Under the pieces are notes generated by a model. That model was not told the origin of the DNA. It worked only from the letters and a program-made list of their open reading frames with translations, and did not search any database. From the NCBI GenBank assembly GCA_020049575.1, contig JAIFKM010000044.1, positions 20,722 to 84,721 of the forward strand: a stretch of 64,000 nt of DNA, read 5' to 3'. Position numbers and translations under genes: made by a program. Each line of letters opens with the position of its first letter. Position 1 is the stretch's first letter. Positions 49,239 through 62,063 of the stretch are shown here, in pieces. The stretch comes from Desulfobulbaceae bacterium (GTDB lineage: Bacteria > Desulfobacterota > Desulfobulbia > Desulfobulbales > Desulfocapsaceae).

Positions 49239-51221
49239 ATGGAGTTTACCCGCGAGATATACTGGAATGTCGGTCATGGGGCCTTGACCCTGGTCCCTAT
49301 GTATCTGCTTGTGATCGCAGCCTTGGCCGTGCTTGTCTGGGGGTTCAGAAAACGACTGGCAGTATATAGGCAGGGTCTGCCGCTTGATCGCACCGATCAA
49401 CTTGGCGCTAGAATTATTGATATGCTGCAGAACGTCCTGCTGCAGAAAAAGGTCGCCCGGGTTGTCTGGCCTGGCCTGCTGCACGGTCTGTTTTTCTGGG
49501 GTTTTTTTCTGTTGCTTATCGGCACCACCCTGATCGTTATCCAGGCCGATTTCACGGACCTGCTCTTTGGCATCAAATTCCTTAAGGGAACATTCTATAA
49601 ACTTTTTTCGATAATTCTCGACCTGGCTGGTATCGTTTCCATCCTGATGCTCGGGGGGCTTCTGGTGCGGCGTTATATCCTGAAACCCGAGGGGCTTGAG
49701 ACCAAGAGGGATGACGCCATCATGCATGGGCTGCTTTTCACCATCCTGATCAGCGGGTTTGTCATCGAAGGGGCACGCATGGCAGTGACCGAAATGGGCA
49801 CGCCGCTTGCTCACTGGTCACCGATCGGTATGGCCGTTGCCGGACTCATGTCCGGTATGGATGAAGGGGCGCTGAGGATGCTGCACAAGACCACATGGTG
49901 GTTCCACCTGCTACTGGTCATGGGTTTTATCGTCGCCATCCCTTTCACGAAATTCCGGCATATTCTCACCACCAGCGCCAATTATCTCTTTGCAGATCGT
50001 GGTCCCAAGGGCAAGCTCATACCCCTCGATCTTGAAAATGAGGAGGCCGAGACCTTCGGCGCCACAACCCTCAAGGAGATGACCTGGAAGGATATTTTCG
50101 ATGCGGATGCTTGTACCTTATGCAAACGCTGTCAGGATCGATGTCCGGCTTATGCCACCGGCAAACCATTGTCGCCGATGAAGATCGTCAACCAGATTGG
50201 AGAGGCGGCCTTTACTGATCCTGACACCAAGTTGATCGACCTTATCGGCAAGGATGCCCTGTGGGCCTGCACCACCTGTCGGGCCTGTCAGGAGATCTGC
50301 CCGGCATCGATCGAACACATCAGAAAAATTGTCGATCTGCGCCGCAGCATGGTCCTGATGGAGGGCGAATTTCCCGGCGAGGAGGTTATGGCTGCCATGG
50401 AGCAGACTGAGGTCAATGGTAATCCGTTGGGCATTGGCTACGCTTCTCGGGGCGACTGGGCGGAAGGGCTTGGCGTGAAGACTCTGGAGGAGGATTCGGA
50501 GGTAGATGTTCTTTATTTTGTCGGCTGCTATGCCTCCTTCGACAAACGCAACATCGCTGTGGCCCGGAGTTTTATCAAGCTTTGCCATGCGGCGGGTGTC
50601 AAGGTAGGTATTCTCGGTAAGGAAGAAAAGTGCTGCGGTGAGCCAATGCGCAAGATGGGCAACGAGTATCTTTATAATTCACTTGCCCAGGAAAATATCG
50701 AGACGATCAATGGCTACGGGGTCAAGAAAATCGTTACCAGTTGTCCTCATTGTTTCAACACCCTGGCGAAGGATTACCGGGATCTCGGCTTTTCCGTCGA
50801 GGTGGTATCCCAGGTGGTGTTCCTCGAGGGCCTGCTGCTGGACGGTCGCCTGAAGGTGAAGGCCGAGGGGCTTTCCTGCACCTATCATGATTCCTGCTAT
50901 CTCGGGCGTCATAATGATATATATGACGCTCCCCGGGCACTTATCACGGCGGCAGGCGGTAAACTCGTCGAGATGGCGAAGAACCGAGAAGAGGCCTTCT
51001 GCTGCAGTGCCGGTGGCGGGCGTATCCTGGCCGATGAGAATATTGGCGAAAGAATCAGTGTCAAACGAGTGATGATGGCCCATGCAACCGGAGCGGAAGT
51101 GCTGCTTTCCAACTGTCCCTTCTGTCTAACGATGTTTGAGGATGGTGTTAAGGGCGCAGGCGTGGAGGAGACGCTGAGGCCCAGAGATATAGCCGAAGTG
51201 CTGGCCGAGAGACTGCTCTAG
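49239..51221 (+). CDS. Membrane ETF:(methyl)menaquinone oxidoreductase (FadF/EMO; NarI-like cytochrome b + 4Fe-4S + two CCG domains)
   Basis: TM region with His residues (LLHG, WFHL, FRHI); CTLCKRCQDRC, CTTCRACQEIC, CCGE, SCPHC, HDSC and CCSAGG; adjacent to etfBA. Confidence 0.88.
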   Translation: MEFTREIYWNVGHGALTLVPMYLLVIAALAVLVWGFRKRLAVYRQGLPLDRTDQLGARIIDMLQNVLLQKKVARVVWPGLLHGLFFWGFFLLLIGTTLIVIQADFTDLLFGIKFLKGTFYKLFSIILDLAGIVSILMLGGLLVRRYILKPEGLETKRDDAIMHGLLFTILISGFVIEGARMAVTEMGTPLAHWSPIGMAVAGLMSGMDEGALRMLHKTTWWFHLLLVMGFIVAIPFTKFRHILTTSANYLFADRGPKGKLIPLDLENEEAETFGATTLKEMTWKDIFDADACTLCKRCQDRCPAYATGKPLSPMKIVNQIGEAAFTDPDTKLIDLIGKDALWACTTCRACQEICPASIEHIRKIVDLRRSMVLMEGEFPGEEVMAAMEQTEVNGNPLGIGYASRGDWAEGLGVKTLEEDSEVDVLYFVGCYASFDKRNIAVARSFIKLCHAAGVKVGILGKEEKCCGEPMRKMGNEYLYNSLAQENIETINGYGVKKIVTSCPHCFNTLAKDYRDLGFSVEVVSQVVFLEGLLLDGRLKVKAEGLSCTYHDSCYLGRHNDIYDAPRALITAAGGKLVEMAKNREEAFCCSAGGGRILADENIGERISVKRVMMAHATGAEVLLSNCPFCLTMFEDGVKGAGVEETLRPRDIAEVLAERLL

Positions 51222-51340
51222 GTGAGATGCTTGTCTGGAAGAAGAGAATTTTGCGGTTCCTCTCCTGAACGCAGAAAGCGCGGGCGAGGATTTCAAGACG
51301 TTTGAGAGTGTTGTCAACAATAAAGAGCTGGAGGAAGATA

Positions 51341-52114
51341 ATGAAGATTCTCGTGTGCATCAAGCAGGTTCCGGATATGGAATCGAAGTTCAAGATCGCG
51401 GCCAGCGGCACTTGGTATGATTCTGCTGACCTGGCCTGGCGGATGAATGAGTATGATGAATATGCCGTTGAGCAGGCAGTGCAGTTGAAAGAACAGGTCA
51501 AGGAAGCTGATCTGACGGTACTCTGTATCGGCTCGGAGAGAGTCAAGGAGACGATGAAGAAGGCCCTGGCCATGGGCTGTGATCGTGGAGCCCATGTGGC
51601 GGACGACGATTGCGCCGGCAAGGAGCCTTATGAAATCGCTGCTATCATAGCCGAATACGCCAAAGACAAAGGGTTCGACCTTATATTCACCGGTATGCAG
51701 TCTCAGGATCGCGGCAGCGCCCAGGTCGGTGTTCTGGCTGCCGAGATGCTGGGAATACCAAGCATCTCCACCATCGTTACCTTTAGTTATGCAGATGGTC
51801 GGATCGAGGTTAAGCGTGAGCTTGAGGGCGGAGTCAAGGCCCTGCTGAAGACACGTACGCCGGCTTTGGTAACCTGCCAGCTCGGCCTGAATACCCCTCG
51901 TTATCCAACCCTGCCCAATATCATGAAGGCCAAGAAAAAAGAGCTGATATCCTTGCCGGTTGCTGATCTGCTGAAGGTTGAAGCCCGTATGGAGACCGTG
52001 AAGATGTACTTTCCGGAAAAGAAGGGCGGTGGTCTGGTTCTTGAGGGAGATCCAGGTCAACTGGCCGACAAGCTTATTCAGATTCTCAAAGAGAAAACCG
52101 GCGTTCTTGCCTAG
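51341..52114 (+). CDS. etfB: Electron transfer flavoprotein beta subunit
   Basis: MKILVCIKQVPD, EYAVEQA, ALAMG and LNTPRYP motifs. Confidence 0.94.
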   Translation: MKILVCIKQVPDMESKFKIAASGTWYDSADLAWRMNEYDEYAVEQAVQLKEQVKEADLTVLCIGSERVKETMKKALAMGCDRGAHVADDDCAGKEPYEIAAIIAEYAKDKGFDLIFTGMQSQDRGSAQVGVLAAEMLGIPSISTIVTFSYADGRIEVKRELEGGVKALLKTRTPALVTCQLGLNTPRYPTLPNIMKAKKKELISLPVADLLKVEARMETVKMYFPEKKGGGLVLEGDPGQLADKLIQILKEKTGVLA

Positions 52115-52123
52115 GAGGGAACG

Positions 52124-53041
52124 ATGAAAATACTATTGGTAGCAGAATACAGGGATGGAAAACTTCTCGGCAGTGCCTATGAACTTATAGCATTTGCCCA
52201 GAAAATGGCAGCGGACAGTGTTATGTTCCTGGCCGGCAGCGAGGCGGCGTTGCCGGCTTATGACGGTCGACTCTATCTGGCCGATGCCGCTGTCTGCGGT
52301 GAATTCAATCCTGATGTACATAAAGCTCTTCTACTTGACGTCATTGCCAGGGAGCAACCCGAGATGATCGCCTTCAGTCATTCCTCTTATGGCTGGGATC
52401 TGGCTCCCAGAGTAGCCTTTGCCCTGAGGGCTGCCCAGGTCTCCGAGGTGGTTGATGTGGCAGATGGCGCTTTGGTGGTGCCGGCATGCAATGCCAAATT
52501 GCGGCGCAATGTCCAGGTGAAGACCGCAAAAACGGTTGTGACTCTCCAGGCCGGCGCCTTTGGCTTGGCGGATGCGCCCGCCGGAACCCCCGCAGTCGAA
52601 AAGATCAGCGCCGATGCAGCCGGGAAACTGGAATTCGGCGGCTATGAGGCGGCCGAGCAGGGAGGTGTCGATCTGAGCAAGGCCGAAGTTATCGTCAGCG
52701 CCGGTCGTGGTGTCGGCAAGCCGGAAAATGTGGCGATGGTCGCAGCCCTGGCCAAGGCCCTCAAGGGTGAGTACGGAGCGAGCCGACCGGTGGTAGATTC
52801 TGGTTGGGTTGAGCATAAGCGCCAGGTTGGGACCACTGGTCAGTCTGTTGCCCCGAAGCTCTATGTCGCTTGCGGTATCTCCGGTGCTATCCAGCATTTG
52901 GCCGGCATGAAAAAATCTGAGTTCATTGTGGCCATCAACACCGACAAGGACGCGCCGATCGGTGAAGTTGCAGATGTGCTGGTGGTGGCCGATCTCAAGC
53001 AGTTCGTTCCCCTGCTTACCGAAAAACTCCAGGCCCTGTAG
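52124..53041 (+). CDS. etfA: Electron transfer flavoprotein alpha subunit
   Basis: [20 protein letters not shown] and [12 protein letters not shown] motifs. Confidence 0.94.
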   Translation: MKILLVAEYRDGKLLGSAYELIAFAQKMAADSVMFLAGSEAALPAYDGRLYLADAAVCGEFNPDVHKALLLDVIAREQPEMIAFSHSSYGWDLAPRVAFALRAAQVSEVVDVADGALVVPACNAKLRRNVQVKTAKTVVTLQAGAFGLADAPAGTPAVEKISADAAGKLEFGGYEAAEQGGVDLSKAEVIVSAGRGVGKPENVAMVAALAKALKGEYGASRPVVDSGWVEHKRQVGTTGQSVAPKLYVACGISGAIQHLAGMKKSEFIVAINTDKDAPIGEVADVLVVADLKQFVPLLTEKLQAL

Positions 53042-53060
53042 GCCGCTTGACGAGGACTCC

Positions 53061-53372
53061 ATGCTTGCAGAACTCTTTGATACATTACCAGAATCATTTA
53101 TTGCCGGTAACGTTGCAGTCCCTATGAGCTATTATTTTTCCCTCGGTGATTTGAAAAAAACAGTCAGGATTTCCGGCGAGGGCTGCATTGTCGAAACCGG
53201 TCGGACACTTGAAAATGCCGATTGTGTCTGTAAGACCAGCCCGGAGTTTTTTTTGAAAATCTGGCAGGAGGGCTATCGGCCGGGTATGAAGGATTTTCTC
53301 TCAGGTGCAATAAAATCAAACAATCCCGGTGCACTGCAGGGATTTCTGCGCTGTTTCGGCAAGGATGCCTGA
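53061..53372 (+). CDS. SCP2 sterol/lipid-binding-like small protein
   Basis: GAGG RBS; [10 protein letters not shown]......GY.P...FLSG.IK pattern typical of SCP2. Confidence 0.7.
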   Translation: MLAELFDTLPESFIAGNVAVPMSYYFSLGDLKKTVRISGEGCIVETGRTLENADCVCKTSPEFFLKIWQEGYRPGMKDFLSGAIKSNNPGALQGFLRCFGKDA

Positions 53373-53453
53373 CAAAACATTTTTTACTTGATCGAACATT
53401 GAGCCGTTTACAGATATTGTCTCGTAAATACTGAGAGATAAGGGGAAAAAAGT

Positions 53454-53861
53454 ATGGAGTACTTGACGGAAATCAAGGTGCGGGGGTATCACGCCGATTT
53501 TTATGGCCATGTCAATAATGCCCGATATCTTGAGTTTTTTGAGGAAGATCGCTGGGCACATTTAGAATCGACCCTGGACTTGCAGGAATGGGCGGCAAAA
53601 GGGCTTCTTTTCCTGGTTGTCAATATCAATGTCAACTATCGCAAGGCAGTTGGCGTTGGCGAGACGGTACTGGTTACGACCCGGCTTGAGAAAGTCGGCA
53701 CTAAAAGTGCGGTGCTCCTGCAGGAGATTGTCATGAAAGATTCAAAGGAAATTGCCGCCGATGCAAGGATCACTTTTGTGGTCAGTGATAGGAGCGGCCG
53801 AGCTGTTGTCCTGGAAGGTGATGTCCTTCACCAAATTGAAAATCTGGGAACAATCCAATAA
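53454..53861 (+). CDS. Acyl-CoA thioesterase (YbgC/FadM family)
   Basis: VRGYHADFYGHVNNARYLEFFEE.RW, resembling thioesterase III FadM. Confidence 0.87.
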   Translation: MEYLTEIKVRGYHADFYGHVNNARYLEFFEEDRWAHLESTLDLQEWAAKGLLFLVVNINVNYRKAVGVGETVLVTTRLEKVGTKSAVLLQEIVMKDSKEIAADARITFVVSDRSGRAVVLEGDVLHQIENLGTIQ

Positions 53862-53990
53862 GGACGGAAAAGGTTGAAATTTTGTGATCTTATAGAGAAA
53901 TATGTTTCCCGTAGCCAGAGAGTGCATGAATCCTCGGAAGGTGCACCTAATCATGGGAGCAATTATGGTTGACAGCCGGGCTCTCTCTAT

Positions 53991-54012
53991 ATTACACAAA
54001 CGTAAAGGTAAA
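53991..54012. promoter_or_regulatory. MerR/LiuR-type operator (site 4, upstream of fadL)
   Basis: ATTACACAAACGTAAAGGTAAA (reverse complement TTTACCTTTACGTTTGTGTAAT); TTGACA at 53969. Confidence 0.65.
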
Positions 54013-54161
54013 GTTTGAAAGATGCATTTTTGTCAGTATTGTAATTGCCATACATTGTTTCGTGTTTTCTACGCAGGAGGTGTGGTGCTGTAGAAGTAAT
54101 AGGAATGTCTGTTGGAAGCAGCGACAGATGACAAGATGAAAACGACCAAGGGGAGAGAAGA

Positions 54162-55379
54162 ATGAAAAAGACGATTTCGACACTGGCGCTGGTTTCATTA
54201 TTTGCCGCAACGTCCGCTTTTGCCTCGGGATATCGCATCCCGGAGCAGTCAGTGGATTCAACAGCCAAGGCCGGGGCGAATGTTGCTTCCGCCACCAGAG
54301 CTGATGCCGCCTATTACAACCCGGCAAACATGTCATGGCTCGAAAACACCTGGAATGCCCAGGCAAATGTAAGCTGGATCCATTTGACGGCTATTACTTA
54401 TGACGACTATCGCTCTCCTTTTTTTGACAGTGAATCAGAAGAAGAGAACTTCATCGTGCCCACTGGTTACGTCGTCTCGCCGTTCTACGGAAATGTCCGC
54501 TTTGGTATGGCGATAGTCGCCCCGTACGGTCTCGCCAAGAATTGGGAGGATCCCTATCCGAGAGCGACCGCTCAGAGATTCTCGCTTGAGGTTATCGAAT
54601 TCAACCCTACAGTTTCTTACAAGTTCAATGACATGGTTTCCATCGCTGCCGGACCCCGCCTTCTCTATAATCAGGCCGAGGTTCAGTCCGATGCCAGATA
54701 TGTTGGGGTCCCAGCTGCAATTGAAATGGAAGGCGATACGCTTGAATGGGGATTCAATGCGGCTCTTGCCGTTAAACCTTCTGAAGACCTGAACTTTTCA
54801 GCCACCTACCGTTCCAATGTTGATCTCGATTTCGAGGGAGATGTGGACTTCTATCTTGGAAGAACTTTGCCGACAATAGACGGCGAAGTTACTGTCCCGG
54901 CTCCAGCAGTTCTCACTCTTGCAGCTGCCTTTAAACCCCTTGAGGCTTTGACGGTTGAACTCTCCTGGGATCGGACCTTCTGGTCTGAGTACGAATATCT
55001 TGATTTCGATTTCTTCCCGTCTGTTGGCGTGCCTGCATTTGAAGCAGCACGGCCGAAGATGTGGGATGACAGCAGCGCCTACCGCATTGGCCTCAGTTAT
55101 CAGGCCAGTGAGGTTCTGACACTGATGGGGGGCTTTGCCTATGACGAGACCCCTATTCCTGACGAAACTCTTGGCTTCGAGCTGCCGGATTCCGACGCGT
55201 ATCTGTTCTCAGTCGGTACCCAGTATAAGGTCAATGAGAAGATGGAAATCGGTATGGCAGTTCTTTACGATTATAAGGAAGAGCGCGAAGTCACTGTAAC
55301 TCCGCTTGGCACAGTATATGGCGAGTTTACCGATTCCGCGGCCTGGTTGGTTACGGCAGGTCTCAACTACAAGTTTTAA
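54162..55379 (+). CDS. fadL: Outer-membrane long-chain fatty acid transporter (FadL/OmpP1)
   Basis: Signal peptide, SGY.I.EQS, YYNPA, PYG and LPDSD motifs; C-terminal NYKF. Confidence 0.9.
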   Translation: MKKTISTLALVSLFAATSAFASGYRIPEQSVDSTAKAGANVASATRADAAYYNPANMSWLENTWNAQANVSWIHLTAITYDDYRSPFFDSESEEENFIVPTGYVVSPFYGNVRFGMAIVAPYGLAKNWEDPYPRATAQRFSLEVIEFNPTVSYKFNDMVSIAAGPRLLYNQAEVQSDARYVGVPAAIEMEGDTLEWGFNAALAVKPSEDLNFSATYRSNVDLDFEGDVDFYLGRTLPTIDGEVTVPAPAVLTLAAAFKPLEALTVELSWDRTFWSEYEYLDFDFFPSVGVPAFEAARPKMWDDSSAYRIGLSYQASEVLTLMGGFAYDETPIPDETLGFELPDSDAYLFSVGTQYKVNEKMEIGMAVLYDYKEEREVTVTPLGTVYGEFTDSAAWLVTAGLNYKF

Positions 55380-55397
55380 TTTTACTGACGCGTGTTG

Positions 55398-55440
55398 AAA
55401 AAGCCCTTGCTGCCTGGTGCGGCAAGGGCTTTTTGTTTTT
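55398..55440. terminator. Bidirectional intrinsic terminator
   Basis: AAAAAGCCCTTGCTGC...GCGGCAAGGGCTTTTT between convergent genes. Confidence 0.8.
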
Positions 55441-55473
55441 CAGGGTCGGGCAGAACTCTGGGGGCTTGTAGTT

Positions 55474-56343
55474 CTACAAACCACGCAGATATTCGGGCTT
55501 AAGTCCAATTTCGCCCTGCAGGGCTGCATCGATGATTCGCAGAGTTTGGGCTTTGTCGTTTGGCAGCTTGGCCTTGATCGGCAGGTAATTGGAGGCGTGA
55601 TTGGCGTGGAAATAGCCGTCGGTCAGTTCGGTTTCTGAAAGCATGAGCCGAAGCTCGGCAAGCATTTCAGTTGACCCGGGCAGTTGGAAATGACCTGTCT
55701 GCCAGTCCTGGTGGAGTGGTGTTCCAGGGGTGAGCATGAGGCTGAGGGCGCCGACGTATTCCGGGTCGATCGCGGTCAGCACCCTGCCGGTTTCCCGGGC
55801 ATGGACGCTGGAGCGGTCTTTGCCGGCAATACCCAGAAGGACGGTGATCGAGAGTTTGATGCCGGCAGCCCGGACTTTTCTGCCCATCTCGATCATTTGC
55901 CGAGCGTCAGCCCCTTTGCTGATATTCTTCAGGGTGACATCGTCGCCTGATTCAAGGCCCATATAAAGGATGCTGAGACCGAGGTCGTGCAGTTCTCGAA
56001 GCTGCTCCGGGCTTTTCCGGGCGATGCCCTTGGTATTGGCGTAGGCCCCTATCCGGGTAAGCCAGGGCAATTTTTCTCTGATACTCTGCAGGATGCGGAC
56101 AAGCCGTTCGTGGGGAATGATCAGGGCGTCTCCGTCACAAAGAAAGAGTCGGTTCTGGCGTCGGCAATGACTGGCGGCAAACTCGATGTCGGTTGCAATT
56201 ATTGAATCCGACTTGATGGAAAAGCGGACACCCTTATACATCCCGCAGAAGGTGCATTTGTTGTGCGAGCACCCTGTCGTGACTTGAAGGAGAATGGAGT
56301 TCGCCTCGCTGGGAGGCCGAAATATATTTCCCTGATAGTTCAT
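55474..56343 (-). CDS. Radical SAM protein (RPPSEA family)
   Basis: RPPSEA..ILLQVT.GCSHNKCTFC, GLESG and ANHASNY motifs; AAGGAG RBS before ATG 56343. Confidence 0.87.
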   Translation of the reverse strand: MNYQGNIFRPPSEANSILLQVTTGCSHNKCTFCGMYKGVRFSIKSDSIIATDIEFAASHCRRQNRLFLCDGDALIIPHERLVRILQSIREKLPWLTRIGAYANTKGIARKSPEQLRELHDLGLSILYMGLESGDDVTLKNISKGADARQMIEMGRKVRAAGIKLSITVLLGIAGKDRSSVHARETGRVLTAIDPEYVGALSLMLTPGTPLHQDWQTGHFQLPGSTEMLAELRLMLSETELTDGYFHANHASNYLPIKAKLPNDKAQTLRIIDAALQGEIGLKPEYLRGL

Positions 56344-56405
56344 GCTGTCTGCTCCTTGATTTTCACGCCGGGGATGGAGTTCTGCTCTTTTATGCCGTAT
56401 CATAG

Positions 56406-58496
<2,091 letters not shown>

Positions 58497-58801
58497 TGAT
58501 CTGTTGATGTTCTTTCTGGAAAAGCCCCTCTCTTGTCGATAGTGAGCGACTTCTTTTCATTATCTCAGGATAAGCTCTGGAGAACAGATGGAGGCGGAAC
58601 GAGAACCTCAGTGAGCGCTTTATTAAAATTTACGCCTATGCCTTGACAAATCAGAAATATTTCTTAATTGCTCCACATGGGGGACAGTTTACGCAATCTT
58701 TGCCTACAAGGAGGGGCGCTTTACAAGGAGAGAGAACACTATCTGTCTGCAGCAAGCACATGTTGGCTTTAAAACATTAAAGAGTACATAAGGAGGGAGC
58801 A

Positions 58802-59434
58802 ATGAAGAAAGGTATCGTTTTTTCAATCATCGCATTTTCTTTTGTATGTACGGCCAGTGTATATGGTGCGCAAGGATTCTATGTGAGTGGCAATGTCGGT
58901 CTGGCAATGCTCAGCGATGCTGACGCAGAAGACCCAAGCCTGCCGGGTATTGCTGCAACAATGGAGTTTGATTCAGGGGTGATTCTCAGTGCGGCACTTG
59001 GCTATGAATGGGAGAATTTCCGTTTGGAGGGGGAATATGCCTACCAGACAAATGATTTTGACAAGCAGGAAGCATTTGGCTTGACCCTCGATTTGACCGG
59101 AGACCTGGTCTCCCAGTCGTTACTTGTCAATGGCTATTATGATTTTGCCACGCAGAGCAAATTTACCCCATTTATTACAGCAGGCCTTGGAATGGCTCGG
59201 GTTGATGTCAATGACCTGGCTCTTCCCGGTTCATGGCAGGAACCCTACAGCGATGATGACACCGTTTTCGCTGGGCAGGTTGGGGCGGGTATAAGTTACG
59301 CCGTCCATGAACAGTTTGATATCGATCTTCAATACCGATATTTCATGACAGATGATCTGGAGTTCAGCGATGGCAGCACACTTGATGGACTTGCAAGCCA
59401 CAATATCTACCTCGGCTTGCGCTATAGGTTTTAA
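58802..59434 (+). CDS. Outer-membrane beta-barrel protein (opacity/OmpA-like, 8-stranded)
   Basis: Signal peptide; GFYV.G..G, R.E.E..Y, N.YYDF and P....G.G; C-terminal GLRYRF. Confidence 0.83.
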   Translation: MKKGIVFSIIAFSFVCTASVYGAQGFYVSGNVGLAMLSDADAEDPSLPGIAATMEFDSGVILSAALGYEWENFRLEGEYAYQTNDFDKQEAFGLTLDLTGDLVSQSLLVNGYYDFATQSKFTPFITAGLGMARVDVNDLALPGSWQEPYSDDDTVFAGQVGAGISYAVHEQFDIDLQYRYFMTDDLEFSDGSTLDGLASHNIYLGLRYRF

Positions 59435-59544
59435 GCTTGATCTTTCGATGAGCCGCTGATCGCCTCATGGAGTTGATATTTGGTAAGTTTAAAAATTGAA
59501 TATCGAATCACTGTCCCCCTGATACCGCAATCGTCGAAGATCGA

Positions 59545-61977
59545 TCACCCTTCTGCCAACTCAGCTTTTACCACTTGGCCGAGTTGTTGGAGATTGTAGG
59601 GCTTTTTTAGGAATTTCCCCGCACCGAGACGACAGGCTTGGCGGACATCTTCGCTTTCTGCATATCCGCTGACGATGACTGCTTTCTGGGCTGGCTTTAT
59701 CCTGATAATAGCTTCATAGGTCTCACGGCCATTCATCCCTTTGGGCATGACCATGTCAAGGACCACCAGATCTACATTGTGTTCTTGCAGATAGGCAATT
59801 GCCTGCTCGCCGGAGGACACGGTTTCGACGGTATACCCGAGGACTGTCAGGATTGCCGAGGCGATGTCACGCTGAATTTCTTCATCGTCAACGACCAGTA
59901 TGTTCCCGCAGCCTTTGAGATCTTGGGCATTTACTCTTTCAGCGCTGGTGGTGGCACTTTCCGGCGAAAGCGGGAAAAAAAGGTTGAACCGGCTGCCATT
60001 CCCATCACTCGTCACACTCACTCCGCCCTGGTGATCAATCATGGTATTCCAGACCACCGTCAAGCCGAGACCCGTGCCGCTCCTTCCCATTGTTTTCCTG
60101 GTGTAGAACGGCTCGAAAATATGCGGCAGATCCTCATCGCGTATCCCCTTGCCATTGTCACTGACCGTAATAAAGGCATAAGGACCGGACTGGAGTTGCG
60201 GGAGGTGCGGGATTGATTCATCGACCTGAATCGAACCAGTGGAGAGGATAATGGAACCGACATTTTTGATAGCCTCGGCAGCGTTGGTTACAAGGTTTGC
60301 GATACACTTCTCCACATGCGGCGGTGAGCAGGAAATCGGCAAGGGAGCATCATGCGCCCGGACACTGCAGACGATCCCGGGATACTGTGAGAGTAGTTTG
60401 GCATGATGCGGTGTCTGCAGATAATCGTTGATTGCCGTGTTGAGATCGATAATTTCCCTGACGCTGGCGATCCCTCTGGCAACGGTAAGCAGGTCCGAGA
60501 CGATGGCCGCTGCACGTTGCCCGGATTCCTGGATTCTCATCAGCGGATCCCGCAGATTGCTGTCCTGGGGGAGGTTGAGTAGGATGAGTTCTGGGTAATT
60601 GATTACCCCGGACAGCAGGTTGTTGAGGTCGTGAGCAACTCCGCCGGCCATCAGGCCGACGGTTTCCATTCGTTTGGCCTTGTCCAACTCCACCTGGACC
60701 TTTTCTTTCTCATGGAGGATGGTGTTAGCCTCGTTGGCGATGGCCCGCAGTTCTCTGATCCTCAATTTGTCGGTATCGATAAACTCAGTTTTGCCTTGGC
60801 TGGATTGCATGGTAAAGATGCTCAGCTCTTTCAGAAGACCATGGATAAGTCTGCGGCCCAGCCATAAACCAAAGATCAGGGCAACGGAGAGGATAGCAAT
60901 GGTGGTCATGATTTTCTGGCGCAGCTTTTTCAGGAGATCTTCTCGGTATTGCTTAATGATCAATTCGACGTCATCGAGATAGACGCCGCTGCCGATGACC
61001 CAGTCCCAGCCTTTGACACTCTTGACATAACTTATTTTTCTGGCGGGAACGCCAGTCTCGGGATCGATCGAGGCGATGTATTCGAGGAATCCTCCACCCG
61101 CCGTGCGACCGGTTCGGTCAAGCTCCTGCACAACCTTCATGCCGTTGGCGTCCTTTAATTCCCACCTGTTTGTGCCAATCAATTCCTTGTTTATGTGGTT
61201 GAGGCAAATTCCCTCTTTGGTGTGGATGAAGACATATCCTTTGCTGCCATAGTGGACTGCGCCTATTCGTGTTATAGCAGCCTGTTTGGCCTCTTCTTCG
61301 GCATCGGCGACATAATCACCGACCCCGATCACCCAGTTGTACGGGGCGAAAAACTTCAGGAAGGCGATTTTTTTCTGACCCTTTTCGAGGTGCAGGCTTT
61401 CGTCGACTTCCGGCCTATTCCAGTAGTAGGTTACATATGCGCCTTCCGGATAGGTCGTTGCTTTTTGGATAAAGGATTGGATGAGTTTCTGGCCTTTGCT
61501 GTCGGTGAGTTCCTGATCATTTTGGCCGATTGATTGAGTGCGGAAGGGATGAGCGATAAGAGTATGGCTGGTGTTGTGAATCCAGTAGTATCCTCGACCG
61601 TCGAGAAAACGCTGGGCAGTCAGGGTGTCGATGATGAGCTGTTGAATTTCCTTGTCCGGCAGTTTTCCTTTCGATTGGTTATAGATGGAAGAGGCAGTCG
61701 CCCAGCCGTTCTGGACGGCCTCGGCGACCGATTTCCTCAGGTTTTTCTCAACAGCTGTCCGGCGCAGCTCAGTGCTTTCAACAAGGAGACTGACGAGTGT
61801 TTTGGTCTCGGCCTTGCGAGTGGTGATATAGTCATTTCGGACTTCGGCCAGCGTCTCCAGGTGGTTCTGGTATTCGCTGACCAGCCAGAAGATACCCAAT
61901 ATGCTAATTGCCAGCAGCAGGACCATGGCGATACTGAATTGCACCAGGGTCCTGAGGCTGTAGGATTTTTTCAGCAT
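59545..61977 (-). CDS. Cache-domain hybrid sensor histidine kinase / response regulator
   Basis: Two TM segments around two Cache domains; AHDLNN H-box, N/G1/F/G2 boxes; receiver VVDDE...LDM..P...K. Confidence 0.92.
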   Translation of the reverse strand: MLKKSYSLRTLVQFSIAMVLLLAISILGIFWLVSEYQNHLETLAEVRNDYITTRKAETKTLVSLLVESTELRRTAVEKNLRKSVAEAVQNGWATASSIYNQSKGKLPDKEIQQLIIDTLTAQRFLDGRGYYWIHNTSHTLIAHPFRTQSIGQNDQELTDSKGQKLIQSFIQKATTYPEGAYVTYYWNRPEVDESLHLEKGQKKIAFLKFFAPYNWVIGVGDYVADAEEEAKQAAITRIGAVHYGSKGYVFIHTKEGICLNHINKELIGTNRWELKDANGMKVVQELDRTGRTAGGGFLEYIASIDPETGVPARKISYVKSVKGWDWVIGSGVYLDDVELIIKQYREDLLKKLRQKIMTTIAILSVALIFGLWLGRRLIHGLLKELSIFTMQSSQGKTEFIDTDKLRIRELRAIANEANTILHEKEKVQVELDKAKRMETVGLMAGGVAHDLNNLLSGVINYPELILLNLPQDSNLRDPLMRIQESGQRAAAIVSDLLTVARGIASVREIIDLNTAINDYLQTPHHAKLLSQYPGIVCSVRAHDAPLPISCSPPHVEKCIANLVTNAAEAIKNVGSIILSTGSIQVDESIPHLPQLQSGPYAFITVSDNGKGIRDEDLPHIFEPFYTRKTMGRSGTGLGLTVVWNTMIDHQGGVSVTSDGNGSRFNLFFPLSPESATTSAERVNAQDLKGCGNILVVDDEEIQRDIASAILTVLGYTVETVSSGEQAIAYLQEHNVDLVVLDMVMPKGMNGRETYEAIIRIKPAQKAVIVSGYAESEDVRQACRLGAGKFLKKPYNLQQLGQVVKAELAEG

Positions 61978-62063
61978 GAAATAAAAGTTATTTGGATATC
62001 GTTGAACTCAAGGCCCATGGTACCATGCCGGGTAGATTCATGGGCCGACGGTCGAGCTGTCTC

